Of a stretch of DNA of 64,000 nt, positions 13,043 through 25,079 are shown piece by piece. A program made the position numbers and the translations under genes. The stretch spans positions 82,219,949-82,283,948 of the forward strand of contig NC_068984.1 in assembly GCF_001194135.2 (NCBI RefSeq), written 5' to 3'. A model generated the notes under the pieces. That model was not told the DNA's origin, did not search any database, and was given only the letters and a program-made list of their open reading frames with translations. Numbering within the stretch: position 1 is the first letter of the stretch; each line of letters starts with the position of its first letter. This DNA is from Octopus bimaculoides. Lineage: Eukaryota.

Positions 13043-14915
13043 GAGATTTTAATAACTTTATTTAAATCAGTTAAGGGCAACCTTAGACCCGCGAGACCTC
13101 CTGAATGGCAACGCCTAGCGAAAAATTACCTTCAATTCTTTTAGTAGTGCGGCTTGTCTCATGATGAACCATGTCTCATGAAGCTCGCTTCACGAAAAAG
13201 GTCGCATATGCCTGGTGTAAATGCTGAATTTACATTTACCATCGATCATAATGGTTTTTGACTTAGGCACAAGGTCAGCAATTCTGAGGAATATGGGTAT
13301 AGTTGATACTATCAGCTCTATACTGGATTGATACTTTATTTTAACGATTCTCAAAAGATGAAAGACAAAGTTGATCTTATAGGATTTGAACTCAAAATGT
13401 AACGTGTCGGAAAAACAGCACAAAAGATTTTTTTTTTTCCAAATCACTTTAAAGATTCTACGAGCTCACCATTAGTTTCCCCATTACATTGGTTCACAGA
13501 ATATAGAGTCCACCTCCGTACTGTAAATTCTCAGTTCATGATCGAGAAGAAAAGTTACTTCATATAATTCTTGAATGATACTAGACGCGTTTATTTTTAC
13601 ACTTCTAAAATATAAAATGGATCTGAAGTGATACTTTTCTTTCTTTCTTTTTCTTTTTTCTTTTTGAGAGAGAATCGCAGAGTTGTGAAATTGAAAGGGT
13701 ATTTGAAAGAAAAGAGATTTAGAGGTTGTTAATATTATCGTTGAGGTGTGGGTGTGTGTGTGATCGTACATATGCTTATATGTGTATACATGAATATATA
13801 CGTGTGTGTGTACATATATGTTCATATTTGTGTGTACATACGTATATACATATATCTATGTATGTGTGTGGATGAGTGCAGAGAGAGAAACAGAGAGAGA
13901 GAGTTGCTCTGTTTATCCTTGTGTTATCGTTAGTGAGTTCTGTGACACTAGAAATTATTCCTTCTGCATTTTTGTCATATCTTTCAGAAATTCAAATACT
14001 GATGTGTGGTTCCCATTTTGATGATGACCGATTTATGGAAGATAACTTACTACCTACCTTACATGTATGTGTGTGTGTGTGTGTGTTTCTAGAGAGTGCG
14101 CTCGAACTCAGTTATGTGACGTTGATGATACTGAAGATATAAGATGTTGAATAATAGCGGGCTACAATTTATTATTCATTGATGGAAATAAATTTCTGGA
14201 TACCCTCCTACTACATAAATTTTGAAGGTCTTTTTCCCCTTCATGAAAATTGTTTTTAAATTTGTCTTTTTTATCAAAACCTATCTAAATTGTTTGTCCA
14301 CCAAAATTGTTTTCTCTCTCTCTCTCTCTCTCTTCTATTTTACTTCTCTCCTTTACAAGAAAAAAAAAACACTGCGCAGTCACCCACTATATCAGAAATA
14401 GTGGCTAAATTTCTCTCAGGTCACATCGTGCTATCTTAAATAAGCAAAGTACACATGACATAATACAGTGCTGTTTATCCTCTAAAAAAGATGCGATGAT
14501 CAGGATTGGAAAACATTTTATCTGAGGCCTGCTTCACAGACCTGTCGTTGTTTACTCTCTCGCCAACTATTTTCATTACTTTCGTTGTCGACAAATCGTA
14601 TGCGGTCATGCGTTACGATGAAGGTCTAGTGTAATTATAAATATGTAACACAAAAACCAACGTAGCTTAGGTACTTTTACCAGCAAGGCCATGAATTGGT
14701 TCGCTATATAGTTGTCAACAAACCTCCTGTTTACCTGTCTGCTTTCTTTTCACGGATTAATCCATTTATGTGTGAATAAACAAACATAACCTACTTAACT
14801 CACATTGCGCGATTCTTCCCTTTTTCTCTTTAATCCGCTATCTCCGCCATCTCACTCTAAACGTATTGACATTTATTCATATTGTATATAGCGTATGTAT
14901 GCGTGTGTGTATATC

Positions 14916-15272
14916 TTTTATTTCTTTCAGTCATTTGACTGCGGTCATGCTGGGGCACCTCGAAGAATTTTAGTCCTACAAATCGACCCCAGGATTTATC
15001 TTTTAAAGCCTAGCACTTATTCTTTCATTGTCTTTTACCGTACCGCTAAATCATGTGGACGTAAACACACTAACACCGGTTGTTAAGCGGTGGTGGGGGA
15101 CAAACATGGCCACAAACACACATACGGGCTTCTTTCAGTTTCCGCCTGCTAAATCCACTCAAGGCTTTGGTCGGCTTGATGCTATAATAGAAGACACTTG
15201 CCCAAGTTGCCACGCAGTGGAACTGAACCCGGAACCATGTGGTTGGGAAGCATGCTCCTTACCACACAGCTA
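14916..15272 (-). mobile_element. SINE family A copy
   Basis: Reverse complement of 6570-6982, including the tail tttcagtcatttgactgcggtcatgctggggcacc. Confidence 0.85.
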
Positions 15273-15445
15273 CAAATAAACGTCTTTTTATAGTATATGT
15301 GTGTGTGTAATAGCGAACAATGAGAATGGGTGCTCAGCATTGCATTTAGTGGATAAATATCTTTTATATATATATACTGGCGGACGTTCTGCTTTTATTT
15401 TTTTACAGAATCCCCCATTTTCGAGTACGGAGATTCTGATTCTGC

Positions 15446-15665
15446 AAAAAAAAAAACGGCATTTAAAAATTTTAACCACCCCCCTCCTCCACATTCTTCA
15501 ATTTTCACTTTTTTCAGAATTTTGTTTTTGCGAAATACGTAGGAAAATACGGAGATTCGTGATTTTCTACGTATTTCGCAAAAAAATTAAAATTTCTGAA
15601 AAAAGTGAAAATTGAAGAATTGGGGGTGGAGGAGGTAAAATTTTTAAATGTTTTTTTTTTTTTTT
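15446..15665. repeat. Foldback palindrome of about 220 bp
   Basis: Arms catttaaaaatttt...ttttgcgaaatacgtag and ctacgtatttcgcaaaa...aaaatttttaaatg. Confidence 0.85.
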
Positions 15666-15704
15666 TTGTACACATGTATACACACATATACATACATATT
15701 TTTT

Positions 15705-16715
15705 ACTTTCATTGTTTTCAACTACAGGCTGTAGTCATGCTGGGGTACCACCTTTAAAGTGATTGTTTTTTTGTTTTTCACACTCACTTTTTCTCTCTCT
15801 ACAACTGTTTCTCGTGAAGTAACGAGTTGGACAGAGCTGCTATTTTTTGTTTGTGTTTCATGCCGTGATGTGGGTTCACTTTGTACTTCAGATAAAAATT
15901 TGGCCAAATTTTCTTTGAACACATCAGCATGTACACCTCACAGATCTCTTTGCCTCTTGAAGTTAATCTGTTACAGTACTGGGTTGTTACTCTTGATGGA
16001 GAGGACAGAATCTTTGGTATTATGCAACGGCGTCCTGTTAGATAGTTGATATAGCTTTCAATCCCAAAGTTAGGTGCTAGACCTTCGAGTATCTTCCATA
16101 TATATATATATATATATAACTACATATCTCATGCATCTTCTCTCTTGGGTGCAGAGCTTCAGTCCTTTTAGTCTCTCTCAATAGCTCATCTGTTGCACCT
16201 AGTCAGTCTTTTTTGTGTAGTGATATTAAATTGCCTCAAGTTCTGCTCTTAGTTTGATGCTTTGTGGTGACTGCCACTGGGAACAGTAATCTAGATCAGT
16301 GCTTCTCAAACTATCTGATGTGGCGTACCAGCAGTTCCCCCCCCCCCAATGTGCATGGGACTGGTAATATTTCTTAGTAATATTAATTTATACCGGAAAC
16401 AATATATATAAATAAAAGTTGATATTTTTTTATCTTATATTTATATTGTAAATAAATAATACTATATTACATAAGCATCTTATAAGTACTCTTTCACAAA
16501 TACTATTCAGACACAGACAGTGTATTGTTAGCCAGCTGGAGGAGATGTCTTCCTAGGGCTATAAACAACAGTAGCATTGTCCCCTATGAGCCTGCGTCAT
16601 TTAGGTGGCAAATATGCTTCACAATTCCATGCTGCTACTGTTTACTTCTCGCTCAGAGATTTATTATTGCTTGTTTCTCCTTTTTCGAGATCAGTGACAG
16701 TTTGTCACTGGAAAA
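15705..16715 (-). mobile_element. Older copy of the same LINE family, interrupted by a hAT MITE remnant at 16297
   Basis: Minus strand gives ...ELEAI...ERLKGLKL...KILEGLAPNFGIESY...TGRRCIIPKI and ends in the tail ggtggtaccccagcatgactacagcc. 16520-16715 resembles the degraded RT region. Confidence 0.75.
16297..16510. mobile_element. Truncated hAT MITE
   Basis: Starts with CAGTGCTTCTCAAAC after ATCTAGAT, a hAT-type target. The second TIR was not found. Confidence 0.55.
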
Positions 16716-16755
16716 GGCATATAGTACTTTGCGTTTGGAATGAGTTGTCATCGCT

Positions 16756-18155
16756 AGCTGGTGATTGTCACTCATGGGTGTTGGTATTGATTTCTTCGAT
16801 GCGAGTTTGAATCGTTACACACTGATAGTGTGTTTGTTGTAGGTCTCCCCGCGTGGGTAAACCAAGATTCATTGAATTGTTTAAATTGTTGAATTTTAGT
16901 TACTGTTTTGTTTGCACCTGTGTATTCCCCGTCTACAGGAGAAGTGGAGAGGGGAGAGATGGAGAATAGACAAAGTTATGCAGCAGCAACGACCCAAGGA
17001 ATAAATGCCAACACTCTGGAAGTACAGGAAATAGAAATTGACACAAGAAAGGGGAAGGAAGGAAGCAAATTTGTAAAAAAGAAGGGAGCCAGTCTAAAGC
17101 TAACTCCCTCAGAACTGATGAACTGCATTGCAAAGAGGACGGTAGTATACAGAAGGTTGTCTACATCAGGGGTTTTCAAACTTTTTGACTTGCAGACCCC
17201 TTTATATTTCAGGCTTTACCTTAGGGACCCCCTTATAAACGCTTATGAAATTTATACATAAATATTTGCTTAAAATAACATATATAAAATCAAATTGCCC
17301 ATAAAAAGTATTTGCTGTCCATGGACCCCCTGTCTTGTCTTTGCGGACCACAGTTTGAAAACCCCTGGTCTACATCCTCGAACAAGATAGAGTTCGCCCC
17401 AACAGAAGAAATAGAGGAATGCCTCGAAAAGGTTAAAAAATTGACCACATTCTANNNNNNNNNNNNNNNNNNNNNNNNNNNNNNNNNNNNNNNNNNNNNN
17501 NNNNNNNNNNNNNNNNNNNNNNNNNNNNNNNNNNNNNNNNNNNNNNNNNNNNNNNNNNNNNNNNNNNNNNNNNNNNNNNNNNNNNNNNNNNNNNNNNNNN
17601 NNNNNNNNNNNNNNNNNNATAACACATGATATGAAGGATGGAGCGGAGATCCTCAAGATAACAAGGACCCAAAAAGTCAATTGGTGGGGGATATGGCCTC
17701 GAAGTGACCATGCAGTTGTCTTTGGAGGACTTTGGAGATTCGAGAAATTGCGAGAGATGTTCGGAAGTTACATGGACCTGCTGAGGGTTGAAGTCGAGTT
17801 TGACGAGCTCCCAACAGTCGTGGAATTAGAATATTTGAAACCCTTTATGAACATTTAAAAGCAAGTGAGTAAAATTTGTTTCTTAAAAAAGAAAAAAAAA
17901 AAGGAAAATAGACTGTTGAAGGGTTTAAAGGAAAAAGAAAGGGAATGATCCAAAGAAGAAAGAAGGAAAGGACTGTAGGAATGTTTCGTTGTAAAAGGGA
18001 AATCACGGTTTCGTCTCGGAGCGGGATCATCAAAGTTGTCTCATATTCATTGTAATTTAATTCATTTTAAATTCATTCTTTCATGTGTTTTTTATTCCTG
18101 CATGTCTGTGTATGTCCCGTCTGTGTTCAGGCCTTGTGCCTATAATAAAGAAACA
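16756..18155 (+). mobile_element. Tandem unit A: internally deleted non-LTR-like element (putative L1/Tx1 ORF1 5' part plus ORF2 end), containing a hAT MITE and an N gap
   Basis: Collinear with 18156-19653. Reads KLTPSELMNCIAKRTVVYR... and ...FEKLREMFGSYMDLLRVEVEFDELP, ending in aataaag. The clade assignment is from recollection of RRM-like ORF1s. Confidence 0.55.
17167..17367. mobile_element. hAT-superfamily MITE (201 bp)
   Basis: Perfect 15-bp TIRs CAGGGGTTTTCAAAC/GTTTGAAAACCCCTG and a perfect 8-bp TSD GTCTACAT (17159-17166 and 17368-17375). Confidence 0.95.
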
Positions 18156-19653
18156 AGCTGGTGATTGTCACTCATGGGTGTTGGTATTGATTTCTTCGAT
18201 GTGAGTTTGAATCGTTGCACACTGATATTGTATGTTTGTTGTAGGTCTCCCCACGCGGGTGAACCAAGATTCGTTGAGTTGTTTAAATTGTTGAATTTTA
18301 GTCACTGTTTTGTTTGCACCTGTGTATTCCCCGTCTACGGGAGAAGTGGAGAGGAGAGGAGAGATGGAGAATGGACAAAGTTGCGCAGTGGCGGCGATCC
18401 AAGGAATAGATGCTGGCACCCTGGAAGTACAGGAAGTGGAAATTGACACAAGAAGGTGGAGGGAGGGAGGCAAATTCATAAAAAAGAAGGGAGCCAGTCT
18501 AAAGCTGACTCCCCAGAAGAACTGATGAACAGCATAGCGAGGAGGACGGTAGTATACAGAACGTTGTCTGCGTCCTCGAACAAGATAGAGTTCGCCCCAG
18601 CAGAGGAAATGGAGGAGTGCCTCGAAAAAGTTGAAAAATTGACCACATTCTGTACACATGAAGGAGGGTATGGCACAATAGAAGTGAGGTTTGGCAATGA
18701 AGAAGATGCCATAAACCACTCAACGGAGAATGAAAATGAAGAGGAGAAGAAAAGTGAAGGAAACAATACCAAAGAAGTAGTCCCAATAAAAGAGACAGAC
18801 AGAACGGAGGAATCCTTCACATTAGTAAACATGAGGAAGAAAAAGGAACGGGTTAACTCTCCTCCAGACAGTCAAAACAGGCTAAAAGAGATTGTGACGG
18901 AAGAAAAGAGAAATAGGTGTGAAGCACCAACAGAAGTAGTAGTGAAAGAATGCACACAGAAAAAAACAACATTACAACAGGTAGAAAGAGGAAGCGTTTA
19001 TAATATTGGTTATGATGTTTCTGCACACCCGGACAGATCAGAACGGGAGCCGAAGCAAGCAGAAGTGAAAAGGAAGAGATATAAGTGGCATTTGGTCACG
19101 TATACCAAAAGTACAGAAATAGAGAAAAAGATTGTAAAATATAAATCGGTAATAAGAGTAAAGCTACTGCCAGGAAAAAACCCAGAAAACACTAAAAGAA
19201 TAGTCAAAGACAGAGATAGATTTGAGAAATTGAGAGAGATGTTTGGAAGTTGCATGGACCCACTAGGGGTTGCAGTCGAGTTCGATGAGCTCCCACTGGT
19301 CGTGGAATAAGAAGATTTGAGACCCTTTATGAACATTTAAAAGCAAGTAAGTAAAATTTGTGTTTCATAAAAAAAAAAAAGGAAAATAGACTATTGAAAA
19401 GTTTAAAGAAAAAAGAAAAAGAACGATCCAAAAAAAAAAAGCCTAAGAAAAAGAATGAGCTAAAAAAGAAAAAAAACAGAAAAGACTAAGAACGTTTAAT
19501 TGTAAAAAAGAAATCATAGTTTCATCTCAGAGTGGGACCGAGAAAACTGTTTCATATTCATTGTAATTTAATTCATTGTAATTCATTCTTTCATATGTTT
19601 TTGTTCCCGCATGTCTGTGTATGTCCCCTCTGTGTACCTATAATAAAGAGAAA
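18156..19653 (+). mobile_element. Tandem unit B: second deletion derivative of the same element, with a frameshifted ORF
   Basis: ORFs 18310-18525 and 18456-19310 join by a frameshift near 18510. Contains an RRM-like GTIEVRFGNEEDAINHS segment, a K/E-rich linker and an A-rich 3' UTR ending in aataaag. Confidence 0.55.
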
Positions 19654-19750
19654 AGCTGGTGATAATCACACACTGATGTTGGGTTACTACCCAGAAACCC
19701 AGGTCTGTGTGTATTGCATAAGGCTAGAAATGGGAACGATGATTTCCCTT

Positions 19751-20870
19751 CAGTAGTGGCTAATGGAGCCACCTCTATGAAAACACAAATAGTGAGCGGT
19801 GTTCCACAGGGCACTGTCTTGGGACCATTGTTATTTATAGTCACCCACTCAGATATGCCCTCAAGTGCCCAGATAGCCACCCTTGCAAGCTACGCAGACA
19901 ATACAAAAGTCTCGCAGAAAATACAGAACTCCAGTGATGTTGCATATCTGCAGCAGGAGTTGGACTCAATTTACAGATAGGCTGAGGATAATAATATGCA
20001 GTTTAATGCTGAAAAATTCCAAGCCCTGCGCTACCAACATCCAAAACTGAATATGAAACTTACAGAGTACACTGGTTCGCAGGGAATTTCAATCCCAGAG
20101 CCTAAATCAGTGAGAGACCAGGGTATCGACATGAGTGATGATAACTCTTTCCATTGCATATTACCAGGATGGCGACAAAGTGCAGACGACTGGCTGGATG
20201 GATCCTGAGAACATTCAGAACCAGAGATAAGGAAACCATGATGATCCTTTGGAGGACATTTGTCCTTAGGCGCCTGGATTACTGCTCACAGCTATGGTCA
20301 CCCACCAATGTGAAATTAACAGCGGACCTTGAAGCAATCCAGAGAAGATTTACAAAGAAGATTGTCTCTTTGCAACTGCTCAGCTACTGGGAAAGGCTGA
20401 AACAGCTAAGACTCTACTCCCTGGAAAGAAGGCGGGAGAGGTATGCAGTAATATACATCTGGAAGATCTTGGAAGGAATTGTGCCAAATTTTGGCATTGA
20501 AAGCTACACCAATGCCAGAACGGGACGACACTGCATAGTGCCAAAGATTCCAGCAATACCATCGCACTTCAGGACCAGTTACTGCAACAGTTTGGGTTTT
20601 AGGGGCCCACAGCTTTTTAATATTCTCCCAAAGAGCCTGAGAAACCTGCGCAAAGTTGATGTAGGGGTTTTTAAATCAGAGCTGGACCTTTTCCTGTTGA
20701 GAGTCCCAGATGAACTTCCCTCACGGCAAGAGGTGCAGATGAGGGTAGCTACATCAAACTCCATTCTTCACCAAGTGCCACATGTTGGAGGATACGCTCA
20801 GTAATAACAGTGTAGCAAAACGGTGGTACATCAGCATGGCCACAGCTCTGAGCTGAAACTATAAAAAAAT
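19751..20870 (+). mobile_element. 5'-truncated CR1/L2-group LINE: RT C-terminal part plus 3' tail
   Basis: GVPQGTVLGPLLF, YADNTK (YADD-type), LDYCSQLWSP and LSYWERLKQLRLYSLERRRER are present, with stops and frameshifts. The ORF ends at 20804 and is followed by the tail. Confidence 0.92.
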
Positions 20871-20892
20871 GAAAATAAAATAATATATATAT

Positions 20893-21018
20893 ATATATAT
20901 ATATTGTGTAGATACATATAGATATATATATATATTGTGTAGATACATATAGATATATATATATATTGTGTAGATACATATAGATATATATATATTGTGT
21001 ATATACATATAGATATAT
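20893..21018. repeat. Minisatellite of about 31 bp running into an N gap
   Basis: ttgtgtagatacatatagata(ta)n starts at 20904, 20935, 20966 and 20995. Confidence 0.9.
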
Positions 21019-21561
21019 NNNNNNNNNNNNNNNNNNNNNNNNNNNNNNNNNNNNNNNNNNNNNNNNNNNNNNNNNNNNNNNNNNNNNNNNNNNNNNNNNN
21101 NNNNNNNNNNNNNNNNNNNNNNNNNNNNNNNNNNNNNNNNNNNNNNNNNNNNNNNNNNNNNNNNNNNNNNNNNNNNNNNNNNNNNNNNNNNNNNNNNNNN
21201 NNNNNNNNNNNNNNNNNNNNNNNNNNNNNNNNNNNNNNNNNNNNNNNNNNNNNNNNNNNNNNNNNNNNNNNNNNNNNNNNNNNNNNNNNNNNNNNNNNNN
21301 NNNNNNNNNNNNNNNNNNNNNNNNNNNNNNNNNNNNNNNNNNNNNNNNNNNNNNNNNNNNNNNNNNNNNNNNNNNNNNNNNNNNNNNNNNNNNNNNNNNN
21401 NNNNNNNNNNNNNNNNNNNNNNNNNNNNNNNNNNNNNNNNNNNNNNNNNNNNNNNNNNNNNNNNNNNNNNNNNNNNNNNNNNNNNNNNNNNNNNNNNNNN
21501 NNNNNNNNNNNNNNNNNNNNNNNNNNNNNNNNNNNNNNNNNNNNNNNNNNNNNNNNNNNNN

Positions 21562-21593
<32 letters not shown>

Positions 21594-21959
21594 GACACAC
21601 ACACACATCACTGAACTGAGAGCGTCAGGTAAAAGTACCTTTCAGTATTTAACTGTATATGTTCAAATTGCGTTTAGTTCAACTTTGACGTTCATACATC
21701 TGATAGAATAAGTACCAGTTGAGCAGTGTGATGAATATAATCGATATATAAATATATATAGAAACTGAAGTGTATTCTCGATCCTCTGAATTCTTTTAAT
21801 TCGTGCTGTTTTCATGCGTTGTGTGGGTGGTTGGCTACTAAAACATACTGAATGCGTGTTATTGCACAACTTGTTTATTGTAATCACATACATAACATGT
21901 CCACTCGTTTATGGGAACGTATTTATCTAAGCAGGTGTGTTAAGAATGATCTGTATCCA

Positions 21960-22322
21960 AATTAGAGAGAAAGAGAGGGAGGGAGAGAGAGAGAGAGAAG
22001 TTTGTCTTTTTATTTAACAAAAGAAAACGAAGCAAAAAAAAAAAAAATCACCTGCTTCATCCGTAAGAAATTCCCTGAATGGACTGTAGCGAACTACATA
22101 TTTATTATAGTAGGAAGCATTTTCACAGATTTAATTGTCGTTATCGGGGATGGTTGACACGAAAAAAAAAAAGGCCGATGTTCTGTTGTTACTTTTACAT
22201 TTAGAACTACCACCTCCACTGGTAGCCTATTAGTGTTACTGGAGTAAAAACAGCAGCGTGTCTTTGTTGATGTTATTAACGAGTTCACATAGAAACATCC
22301 GTGTCTTCAGCACACTTGTTTC
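21960..22322 (+). promoter_or_regulatory. Candidate promoter and first exon of the ZNF704-family gene
   Basis: Non-repetitive, CpG-retaining block after a GA tract, ending in donor ttc|GTAAGT (22323-22328). ATG at 22270 gives MLLTSSHRNIRVFSTLV plus 2 nt, which is phase-compatible with the 61008 exon. CpG loss begins a few kb downstream. Inference only. Confidence 0.3.
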
Positions 22323-23707
22323 GTAAGTGGTGTCGTGTACAAGTGCTGTAGGAGCTTTATACATTTCAATATTACAAGCATGGAAAGCTAGCGACCGACT
22401 GTATCGTTATATCTGTATCGTCCTCTGTTTTCTGCAACGAAAACACTATTTTTCTCATTTTGGCTTATAGGATTTACAAATGGTGTTTAATACTGCGATC
22501 TCTGTTGTCAGGTGTGGATATCTTTTGATTGTTTTTACTTAAAAAAAAATATATCGTTATGTTAAAATTAATGACAAATTGTTAGCGTTGAGGAGTAAAA
22601 AAAATAATAATTGAATTTGCATGAAGTATTAATTATTTTAAATATTTACAAACACAAACATCAACACTCATATATAATTATTTCATTATAAATTCTCAAA
22701 CTTAGACAACTTAAAGAAATCTATTTTGTTCTATTATTTCTAGCAGACGAAAGGAAATTATAATTGCGCAATACATTTGTTTACATACACAACGACTCGA
22801 TTCTTTAAAGTTAAAGATAAGGAACATAGACAGTCGTTTCCATTAATTTCGAACGTTTCAACGGAATGTATTTTCATAAATAAGGCAATAATTTCTCATA
22901 TTCTTTACATGAAATATTATACATAAAATACTGTACACCAAGCATCACATATGTCTTTACGTAAATGCGGACGTATGTGTGTGAGTGTAATGTATATGTA
23001 TAAATGTATGAAATACACACACACACATTGATAATTTCTTCGGTTCTGATTGTTTAAAACGCATCATAGATTACGAATCTGAGAGAGGAAAATGTGGGGG
23101 AGCTTTTTTTTTTTTTTTTTTTTTATTCCACTCCTGTTTCCGTAATCTTGAGCTTTGACATTTTTTCGGGAATTTTTTTTGTTATTTATTGTAAGCATAA
23201 TTGAATCTTTTTAAAATCCTTCCTACTTTCAGAATTTTTTCAAATTTGCTGAACAGTTTTGCATGTTGACGAAAATCACGTTCATTTTTCTGAAGAGATT
23301 AATAATAATAATAATCCTTTCTACTATTCTATAAATATGTTTACAAGCCTTTAAAGCTTGACAGTTTAACTAATTGGAATCCCTTTGCAATCAAAAGTCC
23401 ATCAAAAGGAAGGATTTTAAAAAGATACACATAATTTTGTAAAAAGACATGTCAAATGTTTTAAAAGATACAATGTAAAGAACTTTTTAAAAATCCAAAC
23501 TGAAAACTGAAGAGAGGGTTCCGCTATCCAAAAAAAGAAAAAAAAAGGAAAATATGCAAAGAGAGACAAAAAGTTTGCAGGTTCACAATCTACGATGCTT
23601 ACATCATACCGGTGTGCAAAAATACCTTTTTTGGTGCATTAGATAATTACCAACCTTATACTTACTATATATTGTATATAAGCATTTTATAGCATGTGTG
23701 TGTGTAT

Positions 23708-23738
<31 letters not shown>

Positions 23739-23739
23739 A

Positions 23740-23964
23740 TGATAATAACGGTTTGAAGTTTTGGCACAAGGCTCACAATTTGGGGGAAGGTGCTAAATTG
23801 ATTACATCGACCCTAGTGTTCAACTGGTACTTAATTTATCTCAACTCCAAAAGGATGAAAGCAAGGTCAACCCCGGCAGTATTTGAACTCAGAATGTAAG
23901 GACAGTTGAAATGTTGTTATGCATTTCATCTGGCGTGCTAAAGATTCTGCTAGCTCACTGCCTT
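23740..23964 (-). mobile_element. SINE family B copy (further partial copies at about 3790-3905, 5890-6330, 10765-10960, 44330-44520, 44684-44780 and 50200-50390)
   Basis: Collinear with 53713-53936 and shares the core gaactcagaatgtaa. Confidence 0.8.
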
Positions 23965-24292
23965 TTAATAGTAATAGTAATAATTTTGATGAGAAAAAGA
24001 GAAATTCAAATCAATATTTTGATCATTTCAATAAATCATTGCTGTTTATTCCATACAGCATATAATGTTATGTAATACATACGTTTCTTTGGTTTTCAGA
24101 ATACTATGTTTGTCAGGTTTCTATATAAAGTGCTGATGAGATGATTATAATTATCTCTACAATTTTTACCCCCCCCCCCCACACACACACACGTTCTCTT
24201 CTATTTTTAATTATTTGAACTTTTCCTGTAAGGAAGGATCTTGTTTCTAACGAAGACACAAAGCTCCATTGTTGGGATGTAGATAACAAAAA

Positions 24293-25070
24293 CATGTTGA
24301 ACTTGAGAAAAGTGTTGCATATTTTTACTGTTCCACTTATAGACTGTATATTTGATATGTGTTAACAAACTGATATCTTTTTTATGAAAACCCTAGCTTT
24401 TCCAGATAGTCACTTAGTCATTTACTAACAAACCTAAATGCACCAATTATCATTATTGGTATTATGTGAATTCATAAAATGGGTATAGAAGTTGTAAGTT
24501 TCGGAGCAGTATTCTGTAGTTATTATCTTTCCCTTCAATTTTCAAGGAGATATCACATCAGCAGGGCAGCTCTGTGATGGTACATACTTTTTCTTGTCTG
24601 GCCCAAACAACTCTATCTGGCATGTCATGCTTGCACTTGGTAGAAGTTTTGATGGGAATGTTCCATCAATATATTTATGTTTGTATTCAATAACAGGAAC
24701 ATTCTCTACATTTATCCCAAGACAAGCTTTTTTGTTGGGGTAGATAATGTATATTGTTTTAAGAGGTAATACCTTGATGACATATTTTGGGCAACTTCTA
24801 TTCACATGCAGGTCTTTTTCAGAAATGTTACATCACTGACATTTTCAGTTGCATCTTAAGCCCCAAAGGTTTCACTGTCTCTTTTTTTAAATCAGTATCT
24901 TATAGCATTCATCTGCTCTTGGATTCAAGCACAAAAACCTTCAAAATGTGGTGTGATGAAGTAATCATGGGTCCAAGAAAGCCTTCATTTTATTCCAATA
25001 TTAATGTTCTTTTCAACACTGAGTCATCAACTCAGAATGAGCCACCAAATTCTCTACTTTCTCACCACAT
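24293..25070 (-). mobile_element. Decayed non-LTR retrotransposon C-terminus with restriction-like endonuclease (R4/NeSL/CRE/Hero type)
   Basis: Across frameshifts the minus strand reads TPHFEGFCA*IQEQ...WNIPIKTSTKCKHDMPDRVVWARQEKVCTITE...ILLRNLQLLYP...QSISGTVKICNTFLKF, a PD..E-type RLE signature. Confidence 0.75.
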
Positions 25071-25079
25071 ACATCTCTT

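Noticed and set aside
18456-19310. 284-aa ORF as a novel host gene
   Set aside because: It is frameshifted relative to its paralogue in unit A, tandemly duplicated and retroelement-like in organisation.
15705-20870. Two LINE copies in inverted orientation bracketing the tandem units, like a composite transposon
   Set aside because: They differ in decay and in 5' truncation point, and I found no shared TSD, so they are independent insertions.
24542-24805. 87-aa minus-strand ORF that looks like a host exon
   Set aside because: It is one frame of the frameshifted RLE retrotransposon remnant.
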